Source: Halogeometricum borinquense DSM 11551
GTDB lineage: Archaea; Halobacteriota; Halobacteria; Halobacteriales; Haloferacaceae
Length of the DNA stretch: 32,000 bases
Reading direction: 5' to 3'
Assembly: GCF_000172995.2 (NCBI RefSeq)
Contig: NC_014729.1
Span: forward strand, 570,001-602,000
Shown: piece by piece, positions 1-7,327 of the stretch
Layout of the letters: each line of letters starts with the position of its first letter
How positions within the stretch are numbered: position 1 is the first letter of the stretch
The notes under the pieces: model-generated
Told to the model about the DNA's origin: nothing
Seen by the model: only the letters and a program-made list of their open reading frames with translations
Database searches by the model: none
Position numbers and translations under genes: made by a program

Positions 1-85
1 AGCGTACGACTGGCTCGACACGCACATCGAACGCGAGCGGAACTACCGACTAGTCGAAGACGGAATTAGGTTCGACAAGCGCTGA
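1..85 (+). CDS. 3' end of an unidentified CDS entering from upstream of the window
   Basis: Frame 2 is open from the window edge (..AYDWLDTHIERERNYRLVEDGIRFDKR) to TGA at 83-85. Third codon positions are mostly G/C. It is too short to identify. Confidence 0.3.
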   Translation, partial: AYDWLDTHIERERNYRLVEDGIRFDKR

Positions 86-131
86 ACACGACGGCGCGCA
101 CTTTTTTGGCCGCCGGAACGCATCGATACGT

Positions 132-416
132 ATGAGGGTGCAGATGCGGTTCTTCGCCAATTTCCGTGAGGCGGTGGGGACGAAGACCATCGAACGAGAC
201 TACGAGGTGACGACCGTCGGCGACGCCCTGCGCGAACTCGAAGCCGAGTACAGTGGTCTTGCGGGGGAACTCCTCGAAGACGGCCACGTCCGTCCGCAAG
301 TGAACGTGCTGTTGAACGGCCGCGACGTGCAACACGAACAGGGCATCGAAACCGAACTCGGCGACGAAGATACGCTCAGTATCTTCCCGCCGGTCGCCGG
401 AGGTATGCGTGATTGA
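132..416 (+). CDS. MoaD/ThiS-fold ubiquitin-like small archaeal modifier protein (SAMP-type, SAMP3-like by recollection)
   Basis: 94-aa ORF with a beta-grasp MoaD-like sequence (MRFFANFREAVG...VNVLLNGRDV...LSIFPPVAGG). The di-glycine is followed by three extra codons (M-R-D) before TGA at 414-416. Confidence 0.85.
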   Translation: MRVQMRFFANFREAVGTKTIERDYEVTTVGDALRELEAEYSGLAGELLEDGHVRPQVNVLLNGRDVQHEQGIETELGDEDTLSIFPPVAGGMRD

Positions 417-687
417 CGACGATGAAGGGACGGTAACGCGTGAGAAATCGTTCCGCGGAATCTCAATGCGTCTCGCCGGTCAGTACCTCGAAAATCTAGG
501 CGGCGAACGCGTCGCAGAGGACCGTGTTGAGGGCGACGGGTGGACCGCGTCGCTCTCGGCCCAGAAGGTTCCTATCGGGCCGACTATCGAGCTCACCGAG
601 GTCACCGTCACGTTCGAGGGCGACCCGAGCATCCTTGACGACCTCATCGACCGCTTCTCCCAGAAGGCGATGCGGGCGGGCGGCTAA
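409..687 (+). CDS. small conserved protein coupled to the SAMP gene; possibly related to the C-terminal domain of two-domain MoaD-related proteins (unverified)
   Basis: The GTG at 409 overlaps the SAMP stop by 8 nt. GGAGGT (399-404, the Gly-Gly codons) lies 4 nt upstream as an SD-like motif. The product is acidic and ends ..KAMRAGG-stop. An alternative in-frame ATG exists at 466. Confidence 0.6.
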   Translation: MIDDDEGTVTREKSFRGISMRLAGQYLENLGGERVAEDRVEGDGWTASLSAQKVPIGPTIELTEVTVTFEGDPSILDDLIDRFSQKAMRAGG

Positions 688-692
688 CTCGG

Positions 693-1052
693 ATGACGAC
701 GACGGTTCCGCTGGACGGCGACGTTCTTCTCCTTGCGGGTGCGCGTGCCAGCGTCACTCCCAACCAACTACCTGACCTCGTTCATCGCGCGCAGTCGTAT
801 CTTGTTCAACGGACTGCAGAGTACGACCGCCGGTTCGAGTGCATTTACGACGACGCCGACCGGTCTGTCTTTCTCGTTCCTAAGGACCACTGGGCCGAAC
901 TCGGATCGGAGCTCGAACTCGAAAACCGGGAGGCAGACGCACTCCGCCGCGCACACGAACAGCAACTGCTCCGCATCGGCACGAAACACGGGCGACGTGA
1001 CGAGTTCGAGTCCGCAATGGAGATTCGAGAAGCCGTCGTCGTCGGTCGATAG
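693..1052 (+). CDS. hypothetical protein (third gene of the SAMP operon)
   Basis: 119-aa ORF whose ATG lies 5 nt after the preceding stop. Codon usage is GC3-rich and the composition acidic. I recognise no motif. Confidence 0.6.
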   Translation: MTTTVPLDGDVLLLAGARASVTPNQLPDLVHRAQSYLVQRTAEYDRRFECIYDDADRSVFLVPKDHWAELGSELELENREADALRRAHEQQLLRIGTKHGRRDEFESAMEIREAVVVGR

Positions 1053-1074
1053 CTTGGCCCCTCCGCTTTGGAAG

Positions 1075-1379
1075 CTATTCGACGTGTTCACGCCTGGTGA
1101 GTGAGCTGTAGACCCCAAATCGATCCGGGAGGATTCCCGTTCGGGCGTGAATTGCACTGGCATTCGTCTGTGCATCGATGCCGAGAACGGTTGCGTTCCC
1201 GCTAGTTGGCCGCGTGTAATCCATCAACATGTCAATGGTGGTTGACTTCCCTGCGCCGTTCGGGCCGAGGAATCCGTAGACTTCTCCTTCCCGCACCGAG
1301 AGTGAGAGGTCTGTAACTGCGGGAGTTCCGTCGTCCCGCTTTGTCAGGTCGCTTGTCTCAATGGCTGGCATGGGGACCA
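1075..1379 (-). pseudogene. ABC transporter ATP-binding protein, 5' fragment only
   Basis: Walker A GPNGAGKST is followed by ..TSGNATVLGID.. and the frame stops about 100 aa in. The signature (LSGGQ) and Walker B motifs are absent. A full ABC ATPase is 2-3 times longer. Confidence 0.7.
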
Positions 1380-1506
1380 TCTTTTTCTGTGATCTCAACC
1401 GTTAATATTGGTTTGATTGACAGGTTCTCTGGAGACTGAAATGTCTGGGGACGACCCTATAACCCGGTTGACGAGCGTAGTGTTGCACGGTACAACGCTG
1501 CGTCCG

Positions 1507-1971
1507 CTATTTCTCGGGTTGCGCTTGGTTTCTCGCGGTCGTAATATCGTCAAGCGTTGCTTGGACGCCGTCTGTTACGGCGTCTGCTCGTTCAAGAGCG
1601 AGTAATCGATGTTTTAGTGTCTCTCCGTGTTCCCCGCCAGCGGAGAACCCACCGAGTGACTCGGTGCCGACAATCCGGTGGCACGGGACGAGAATCGGAA
1701 CGGGGTTTCGACCACAGGCTTGACCAACCGCAACCGGGGCCGTTTGGAGTTCTGTCGCAATTTCCCCGTAGGTTCGGGTTTCTCCGTACGGGATCTGTCG
1801 CATACAGCGCATCACCGCTCCAGTCAATCCTTCTGGGAACCGAATGTCCACGTCGAACGTCGAGCGTTCTCCTCGCTCGTACGCTGCGATCTGGTTTCGG
1901 ATCGATGTTGGTTCAGAATCAGTGATCGATTCGTCCAATTCGACGTCGATATCGAAGACTGTTACTTGCAT
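1507..1971 (-). CDS. ogt: methylated-DNA--protein-cysteine methyltransferase
   Basis: Carries the active-site PCHR motif (PILVPCHRIVG) and a helix-turn-helix region (YGEIATEL..AVGQACGRNP). I chose the ATG at 1969-1971 rather than the GTG at 1983. Confidence 0.9.
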   Translation of the reverse strand: MQVTVFDIDVELDESITDSEPTSIRNQIAAYERGERSTFDVDIRFPEGLTGAVMRCMRQIPYGETRTYGEIATELQTAPVAVGQACGRNPVPILVPCHRIVGTESLGGFSAGGEHGETLKHRLLALERADAVTDGVQATLDDITTARNQAQPEK

Positions 1972-2349
1972 TGGGGTTTGCACCGGCTATTCGGAGGTGA
2001 GATTCTACACAGAGAAGTTTGCGAGACTTCGGTTCGAGTGCCACGCTTCGGCTTTGCCTTCATTTCCTCGCGGGTGAGTCCGACTTGACGTATTCGTCGA
2101 TCAGGGCGATTGTCGGGCCGCCGGCAGCGTACATTCACAAGAAACGGATCCCGACCGCTTAGTCGTTAGCCAACCGCAGTGAAAGTGAACGCGAACGCGA
2201 GGGTGAAAATGAACTCGGCATGAATCTCGACCGTCTCATAACAGCCGATTAATTCAGTACCCCCTCGCGCGAATCCGACGGGGCTATCGATTTTCGTGAA
2301 ACAATGAGAGAACGTCCAACAGTGGCGATTTGATCCGGTCTGTGCTCTA

Positions 2350-2523
2350 CTATGTCGCCTGTTTCAGCACTTGCGGAACGACTAGAATCTCGATGACTGC
2401 GATGCCGAGTACGATCCATCGCATCATCTCATCAAGCATGAAGAACGCGAGAAATACAAGTATCGCGGCATTGGCGAATCCTATCCCGTAGCGGATGGCT
2501 GGGCTTTCGAATGGAGAGCTCAT
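2350..2523 (-). CDS. small hydrophobic protein (two predicted TM segments)
   Basis: 57-aa ORF from the ATG at 2521-2523 with two hydrophobic stretches (GFANAAILVFLAFFML, WIVLGIAVIEILVV). It lies in an AT-richer region and I see no homology. Confidence 0.3.
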   Translation of the reverse strand: MSSPFESPAIRYGIGFANAAILVFLAFFMLDEMMRWIVLGIAVIEILVVPQVLKQAT

Positions 2524-2617
2524 ACGATGAATCAACCTGATGACGAGTTATATCTTTTTAATATCGTGTCTGGTGAACTGATCGTCTGCTATTTTCGATC
2601 CCGCCGAGTGCCACCCC

Positions 2618-3670
2618 TTACTGCTTGGTCGCCTCGACAATCGCCATTCCCGAGATGGGACCGACACTCTGGCGTTGGATACCGGTAAACCCGGCTGCCT
2701 GAAGCCACGAGGATACTTCGTCGTGTTCGTAAACGTTTGCCCCGAGCGTCGTATGATAGGTCAGTGCGACGAACCGTAAGCCTGCACGGCTAACCGGCGT
2801 CCGCCCGCTCCCCTCCCACTGGTCGAGTACGACTATCCGGCCGCCCGGTGCGAGCGCGTCCCTCACCCGCTCGAAAAGGGCGGTGTTTTCTGCTGGACTG
2901 TGCGCGTGGACGACGTTGAAAAGTAGAGCCATGTCGTATCCCTCTCCGAGGTCGTCGGTCCAGTAGTCGCCCGTCCGAGTACCCAGACGCCCAGCTAGCT
3001 CGTCGGGAATGTCGTCCTCCATTGCGTCGATAGCGCCCGGGTAGTCGAAGACAGTGGCCGAGAGCTTCGGATGTCGTCGGCACAATTCCATGGCGTACAA
3101 TCCGTGACCGCCGCCGACATCCAACAGACGGCTCTGTCCCGCTGGAACGGTCATCGAATCGACCACGTCGTCGACGAGGAGCGACGCCGTCGCCCGGAAT
3201 CCCTCCTGTGCAGTCTCCCAGCGAGCGGGGTCTTCGTCGAACCACTCGTAGATGGATTGGCTCGGCTCACCCTCGCGGATCGCGGTTTCGAGTTCTTGCT
3301 CCCAGAACGGAAAGACGAGGTCGTTCCAGTAGGTCAACCAAGGCCCCATGTTCGTCTCGGACTCGGCCAACAGCCATTTCTCCGTCATTCCGGTGAGCCG
3401 GTACCGGTCCCCGACCGCTTCGAGGTATCCTTCGCTTACGAGGAAATTACAAAACACAGCGATTCCGTCAGGATGGGCGTCGAGGCGGTCGGCAAGATCC
3501 TCAGCCGTAAGCGGGCGATCTACATCCGCTATGGTCTCGAAGAGACCGATCTCTAACGCGAGTGTAACCGACCTGAAACTCGATGCGCCGAACAAATCGA
3601 GCATCGGGGCTGGGCCCTTGTTGAGTCGGAGCAAAACCAGCCGTTCGAGGAAGCTAGGATTTACCGGCAT
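2618..3670 (-). CDS. class I SAM-dependent O-methyltransferase (COMT/Methyltransf_2-like, with an N-terminal winged-helix dimerisation region)
   Basis: SAM motif I is LLDVGGGHGLYAMEL, followed by the pattern VFDYP....D....G..D. Length is about 350 aa. The ATG at 3668-3670 (MPVNPSF) is preferred over the longer ORF-track start at 3769. Confidence 0.85.
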   Translation of the reverse strand: MPVNPSFLERLVLLRLNKGPAPMLDLFGASSFRSVTLALEIGLFETIADVDRPLTAEDLADRLDAHPDGIAVFCNFLVSEGYLEAVGDRYRLTGMTEKWLLAESETNMGPWLTYWNDLVFPFWEQELETAIREGEPSQSIYEWFDEDPARWETAQEGFRATASLLVDDVVDSMTVPAGQSRLLDVGGGHGLYAMELCRRHPKLSATVFDYPGAIDAMEDDIPDELAGRLGTRTGDYWTDDLGEGYDMALLFNVVHAHSPAENTALFERVRDALAPGGRIVVLDQWEGSGRTPVSRAGLRFVALTYHTTLGANVYEHDEVSSWLQAAGFTGIQRQSVGPISGMAIVEATKQ

Positions 3671-4060
3671 ACTCCCCCCTTGAGAGCGTCGTTCAGATTG
3701 GAGCCACGCTGATCCGAGACGTCCACACGAGACCGGGCTTCGGTGAGCGAACTGCTCTGGACGCACCAACCGTCCCAGGCCTCGAGGTGACGGACGGATT
3801 CGACACGGTGACCAGTACGCGACGCTGCATCAGTGTTCGGGCGCGTTTTTGTGTCTCTCATCAGCGTTGGCGTAGAACTCTAGTTGGGTTCTGTATTTGT
3901 GCTACAGTCATGGAAATTTAAACCGGGATATATGAAAATAAACGACGGAACTGAATATCGTTACTGCCGCAGTCATAGGGCTATTTTTAAAGCACAACAC
4001 GGTCTGAACCGCGCCAGATAGGAACGACTCAATCTGCACGTGAGGTGATCCGACGCAACA

Positions 4061-4717
4061 TCAGCAAACAATTTCGCTAAATACACATTCTTCGACTTTT
4101 CGGAGGTGTTCACCAACTGTCGCAGGAGCGATTCCAACAACCTCGCCAATGTCTTCGAGTGTCGCTTGACGAGGCTCGTTGTAATATCCCAGATCGACTG
4201 CCGTCTCTAGGACTTCCTCTTGCCGAGGTGTGAACATCCTGCTGAACGATGATTGGTCTGGATCGAAATCACCCATCTCGAGTATTTCAAATGTAATACT
4301 ATCTGCTTCGTCAACATTCTCGAATAGATTTTTGAAAGTTGCGTCGGTTCCGAGGCACGTTACTTTGAGAGATCCGTTTGACGTAAAGTAAATCGGTGTA
4401 TCAATGACTAGGTGTGATTCTCGTTGGAGTTCCAGATTCCGGCGAACCTCTTCTGTCGGTTCAAACTGACTCACGGCCATCCAACGCTCATCTCCGGATA
4501 CAAGATAATCAATGACGTGCGGCGAGTCATCCATGATTTCCCGATAGCGTTTCTGGCTGCCGCTTGCCTCGGCAAATAGCAGCACGGTATCATCAGCAAG
4601 CAGTTCGATATGGTGAATGGCTCTCCGCTTGATAGACGGCTCGTCCGTTAGCTCCCCTCCAAGTGGATGGAACGCATTCTCTCCATTTGGTTTGACTAGA
4701 ACAGTAAGATATCGCAT
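4061..4717 (-). CDS. Bat-type (HTH_10) helix-turn-helix transcription regulator
   Basis: The C-terminal TPRQEEVLETAVDLGYYNEPRQATLEDIGEVVGIAPATVGEHLRKVE is the classic haloarchaeal bacterio-opsin-activator HTH. A TATA-like TTTACATTAA (complement of 4736-4745) lies about 24 nt upstream of the ATG. The gene is visibly AT-richer (40-57% GC in lines I counted). Confidence 0.85.
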   Translation of the reverse strand: MRYLTVLVKPNGENAFHPLGGELTDEPSIKRRAIHHIELLADDTVLLFAEASGSQKRYREIMDDSPHVIDYLVSGDERWMAVSQFEPTEEVRRNLELQRESHLVIDTPIYFTSNGSLKVTCLGTDATFKNLFENVDEADSITFEILEMGDFDPDQSSFSRMFTPRQEEVLETAVDLGYYNEPRQATLEDIGEVVGIAPATVGEHLRKVEECVFSEIVC

Positions 4718-4745
4718 AGAATAACTTTGTGTGCGTTAATGTAAA

Positions 4746-4960
4746 TGACCGTGGTTGACATCCTCCCGCGCGTGAACACGCGGGAATCCCACGGCACCGC
4801 ACCGCTGGATTGGGATATTAAGGTTTGCAGTCTACCACTTGTTCCTGCGGTTGGAATCCGCTGGACAAGTCATGAAGGTAGACTCCGGGCTGTGCCAACC
4901 AGCCGGTACTCCTATTCCCGTCCAAACCGGGCGGAGACTCGGAGTTACTTTCTGCTTCGT
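4746..4960 (-). ncRNA. putative TnpB omega (right-end) RNA scaffold
   Basis: In characterised TnpB systems the guide RNA scaffold overlaps the tnpB 3' end and runs to the right end of the element. Here that position holds the nested hairpin at 4749-4794. The extent is a guess and no expression data are available. Confidence 0.35.
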
Positions 4961-6143
4961 TGATGTTGAGACGGATGTTCTCCGCCCCGTTCACGTCAGC
5001 GTTGAACGCCGCGTCACACTCATCACACACGTACAGGCCGCGTTCAACACGCTGACTGTCGTCTTTCCTACCGCAGACACAACACGTCTTACTCGTGTCG
5101 CGCTCTGAAACCTCTACGACATCAATGCCCTCAACCTTGGCTTTGTACGTGAGAATCTTGGTGAAGCGGTCGAACGCCCACCCGTGTAAGTCGAGGTTCC
5201 CGTGCTTTCCCCAGTTCTTTGACTCGCCGTTCTCATCCTCGCGGACACCAGCGAGCTTCCCGACGTTGATGCGACCCACGCCCCGCTCGATACACTTCTC
5301 CACAATGTGTTTCGCTAAGGAGTGAAAGAAGTGCGTGCGGCGCTCCGACCACTTGTGATGAAGTCGCGTGGCCCTATCGCCACCCGAGTCGTCGCACTTG
5401 GCGATTTCTTTCGGGAAGTAGTACCCGTCCTGTTTCAGACGGTTGCCGGGGTACAAGTCGGCTTCCTCGGTGCTGTATGCGACAGCGGCGAAGTTGCAGA
5501 TACCGAGGTCGATACCTGCCGTCTCGGTACCGGGAGCGGTGGGCGCCTCGATTTCGTCTTTACAGACGAGGTGCAGTTCCCACCGCTCCTTTGATTGGTC
5601 GTAGACGGCACGGACTTGTTGCAGGTTTTCGACCGTGACGCCGGGTCGTGTCTCGTATTCGACAAGGATGTATTCCCATGCTCGGGGGTGTTCCTTGTGA
5701 TTCGCGCCCTTCGAGAGGCGAACGCGGTTGTTTTTCGCGTCGTGTTTGATGCCGTTTTGCTTCCACGTTACAGTGGAGCGAGGGTGTTCTTCGTGGACGC
5801 GACGACCATGTTGATCGTAGTAGTTTTTCTTGCGGTAGCCGGGCGGATTCGCTCGACTGTCAGACTTCCTCTTACCGTACCACGAGTTGAAGGCTTCAGC
5901 GAGTTCCTCCAGAACGCGCTGACTGGACTGACTATGCAGTCCCTTGTATTTTGGATGGGTCTTCAACTCGTCTTTGAGGTCGCCGTGGTCGGGAATCTCA
6001 CCCGTATCCTCCCACACGTTGCGGGAGTGGTAGTTGGCGACGTTCCAGAGCTTACTGGCCGACCACCCGTGCCGGTCGAGCATCTCAGCCACTTGGGAGT
6101 GGTTGAGGATTTTCGCTCGGTGGGTGCGGTGGACTTCCAGCAT
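4818..6143 (-). CDS. tnpB: RNA-guided endonuclease TnpB (IS1341-type OrfB)
   Basis: The RuvC triad appears intact: GIDLGICNF (D), VVEVSERDTSKTC (E), FNADVNGAENI (D). The zinc finger is CCVCG...CDEC. The N-terminus MLEVHRTHRAKILNH is typical of haloarchaeal TnpB. The ATG is at 6141-6143. Confidence 0.92.
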   Translation of the reverse strand: MLEVHRTHRAKILNHSQVAEMLDRHGWSASKLWNVANYHSRNVWEDTGEIPDHGDLKDELKTHPKYKGLHSQSSQRVLEELAEAFNSWYGKRKSDSRANPPGYRKKNYYDQHGRRVHEEHPRSTVTWKQNGIKHDAKNNRVRLSKGANHKEHPRAWEYILVEYETRPGVTVENLQQVRAVYDQSKERWELHLVCKDEIEAPTAPGTETAGIDLGICNFAAVAYSTEEADLYPGNRLKQDGYYFPKEIAKCDDSGGDRATRLHHKWSERRTHFFHSLAKHIVEKCIERGVGRINVGKLAGVREDENGESKNWGKHGNLDLHGWAFDRFTKILTYKAKVEGIDVVEVSERDTSKTCCVCGRKDDSQRVERGLYVCDECDAAFNADVNGAENIRLNINEAESNSESPPGLDGNRSTGWLAQPGVYLHDLSSGFQPQEQVVDCKP

Positions 6144-6259
6144 TCTGAACGTCTGTATAAGCACTTATACTCGCGTCTCTAGTAAATATTCGGATTGAGA
6201 ATGGTGGAATATCCGGCCCTGCCATCAACGGTGGGTTGTGGAGTCGTTGTCAGATTCAT

Positions 6260-6279
6260 CCTGACCCTTTAGGGTCAGG
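6260..6279. repeat. perfect 9-bp inverted repeat (CCTGACCCT-TT-AGGGTCAGG), candidate left-end hairpin of the IS
   Basis: Read directly from the sequence. It lies about 120 nt upstream of the tnpB ATG, where IS200/IS605 elements carry their subterminal hairpin. Confidence 0.5.
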
Positions 6280-6349
6280 TATTCTCCTCGATTCTGTATA
6301 ACTGGCCGAATAGCTGAGAGTCAGACTTAGCTGACTGCACCGCAAAGCA

Positions 6350-7126
6350 ATGTCTCCTGCAATGAAGACGGTCACGTCGGCTGATGGAACGAGTATTGGG
6401 TACGAACGACACGGAGAAGGACCCTCGCTGATTCTCCTCCACGGCGGGTCCGGGACACGTCAGCATTGGGACGCACTCAGGCCACACCTCACCGACGATT
6501 TCACGCTGTCCATTCCCGACCGGCGGGGCCGTGGAGAAAGTGGCGACGGCGACAAGTATGATCTGAGTCGGGAGGTTGCTGACCTGCGTGCCCTCGTTGA
6601 GGCGGTAGACGGACCGACGACGGTGTTTGGTCACTCGTTCGGTGGTCTTGTCGCGCTTGCTGCCGCATCGGAGATTTCTCTCGACCGACTCGTGCTGTAC
6701 GAACCCGCACTGTTGGTCGGTGACCACAGGGGAGATGACCTCGCCTCGCGGATGGAATCCCGACTCAATGCCGGTCAGCGTCAGGACGCAATGCGACTGT
6801 TCCTTGAGGAAGCGGGCGGCATCCCTGACGTTGAGCAGTTGCCGTGGTGGCCCGAGGAGGCAGGCCTCTCGCTCGCCGAAACCGTGGTCCGAGAGAACTA
6901 CGAGGTGGAAGCGTACGAACTTCCGGCGGAACCCGATATCGACGTTCCGACCCTTCTCTTGACAGGCGAGTACGGGCCAGCACACCTTCGAGACGCTGTG
7001 TTCGAGCTGGACGAACGCCTGTCGGACAGTCGTGTTGTTGAATTCGACGGCGTCGGACACGTCGCTACGCAGTCAGAACCGGAACTGGTCGCAGACGCCG
7101 TGAGAAGGTTCGCCTACGGGGATTAG
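6350..7126 (+). CDS. alpha/beta-fold hydrolase
   Basis: Has the oxyanion region ILLHGG, the nucleophile elbow GHSFGG and a late His (GVGHV). Length is 258 aa. Confidence 0.88.
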   Translation: MSPAMKTVTSADGTSIGYERHGEGPSLILLHGGSGTRQHWDALRPHLTDDFTLSIPDRRGRGESGDGDKYDLSREVADLRALVEAVDGPTTVFGHSFGGLVALAAASEISLDRLVLYEPALLVGDHRGDDLASRMESRLNAGQRQDAMRLFLEEAGGIPDVEQLPWWPEEAGLSLAETVVRENYEVEAYELPAEPDIDVPTLLLTGEYGPAHLRDAVFELDERLSDSRVVEFDGVGHVATQSEPELVADAVRRFAYGD

Positions 7127-7327
7127 CACAAACATTCCCTCGCCATCGACTCGGTTGATAAATTCCGTGACGCGATATAGAACTAGCTGAATTTGCAGAC
7201 TGGCGCGTATCGAATACTGGCTATTCTGCACATTCTCAATGGTATTTATTATCTGCCAGTCATCTCGGAATTGCTATGCGTAACAGAAATGCTATGGTGA
7301 TGCTGCAGAGAGATCTAGAATAGGCTC

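Larger units (their letters stand above)
4746..6285 (-). mobile_element. IS200/IS605-family element, IS1341 group, non-autonomous (tnpB only, no tnpA)
   Basis: The tnpB CDS is flanked by structured ends. At the 3' end there is a nested hairpin at 4749-4794 (CCGTGG..TCCCGCG-loop-CGCGGGA..CCACGG). At the 5' end there is a 9-bp perfect hairpin at 6260-6279. The exact termini cannot be fixed without a second copy. Confidence 0.65.

Noticed and set aside
2047-2121. 24-codon minus-strand ORF (MYAAGGPTIALIDEYVKSDSPARK) in the ogt-upstream spacer
   Set aside because: It may be a fragment of a lost gene, but it is too short and carries no diagnostic motif.
3661-3861. 66-aa minus-strand ORF upstream of and overlapping the O-methyltransferase start
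   Set aside because: It has only moderate GC3, a basic composition and no motif, and it overlaps the methyltransferase start region. It may be a decayed remnant. I do not report it as a gene.
6275-7060. 261-aa minus-strand ORF
   Set aside because: It is antisense to the alpha/beta hydrolase, which has a clear GHSFGG motif. It has no motifs and a basic composition.
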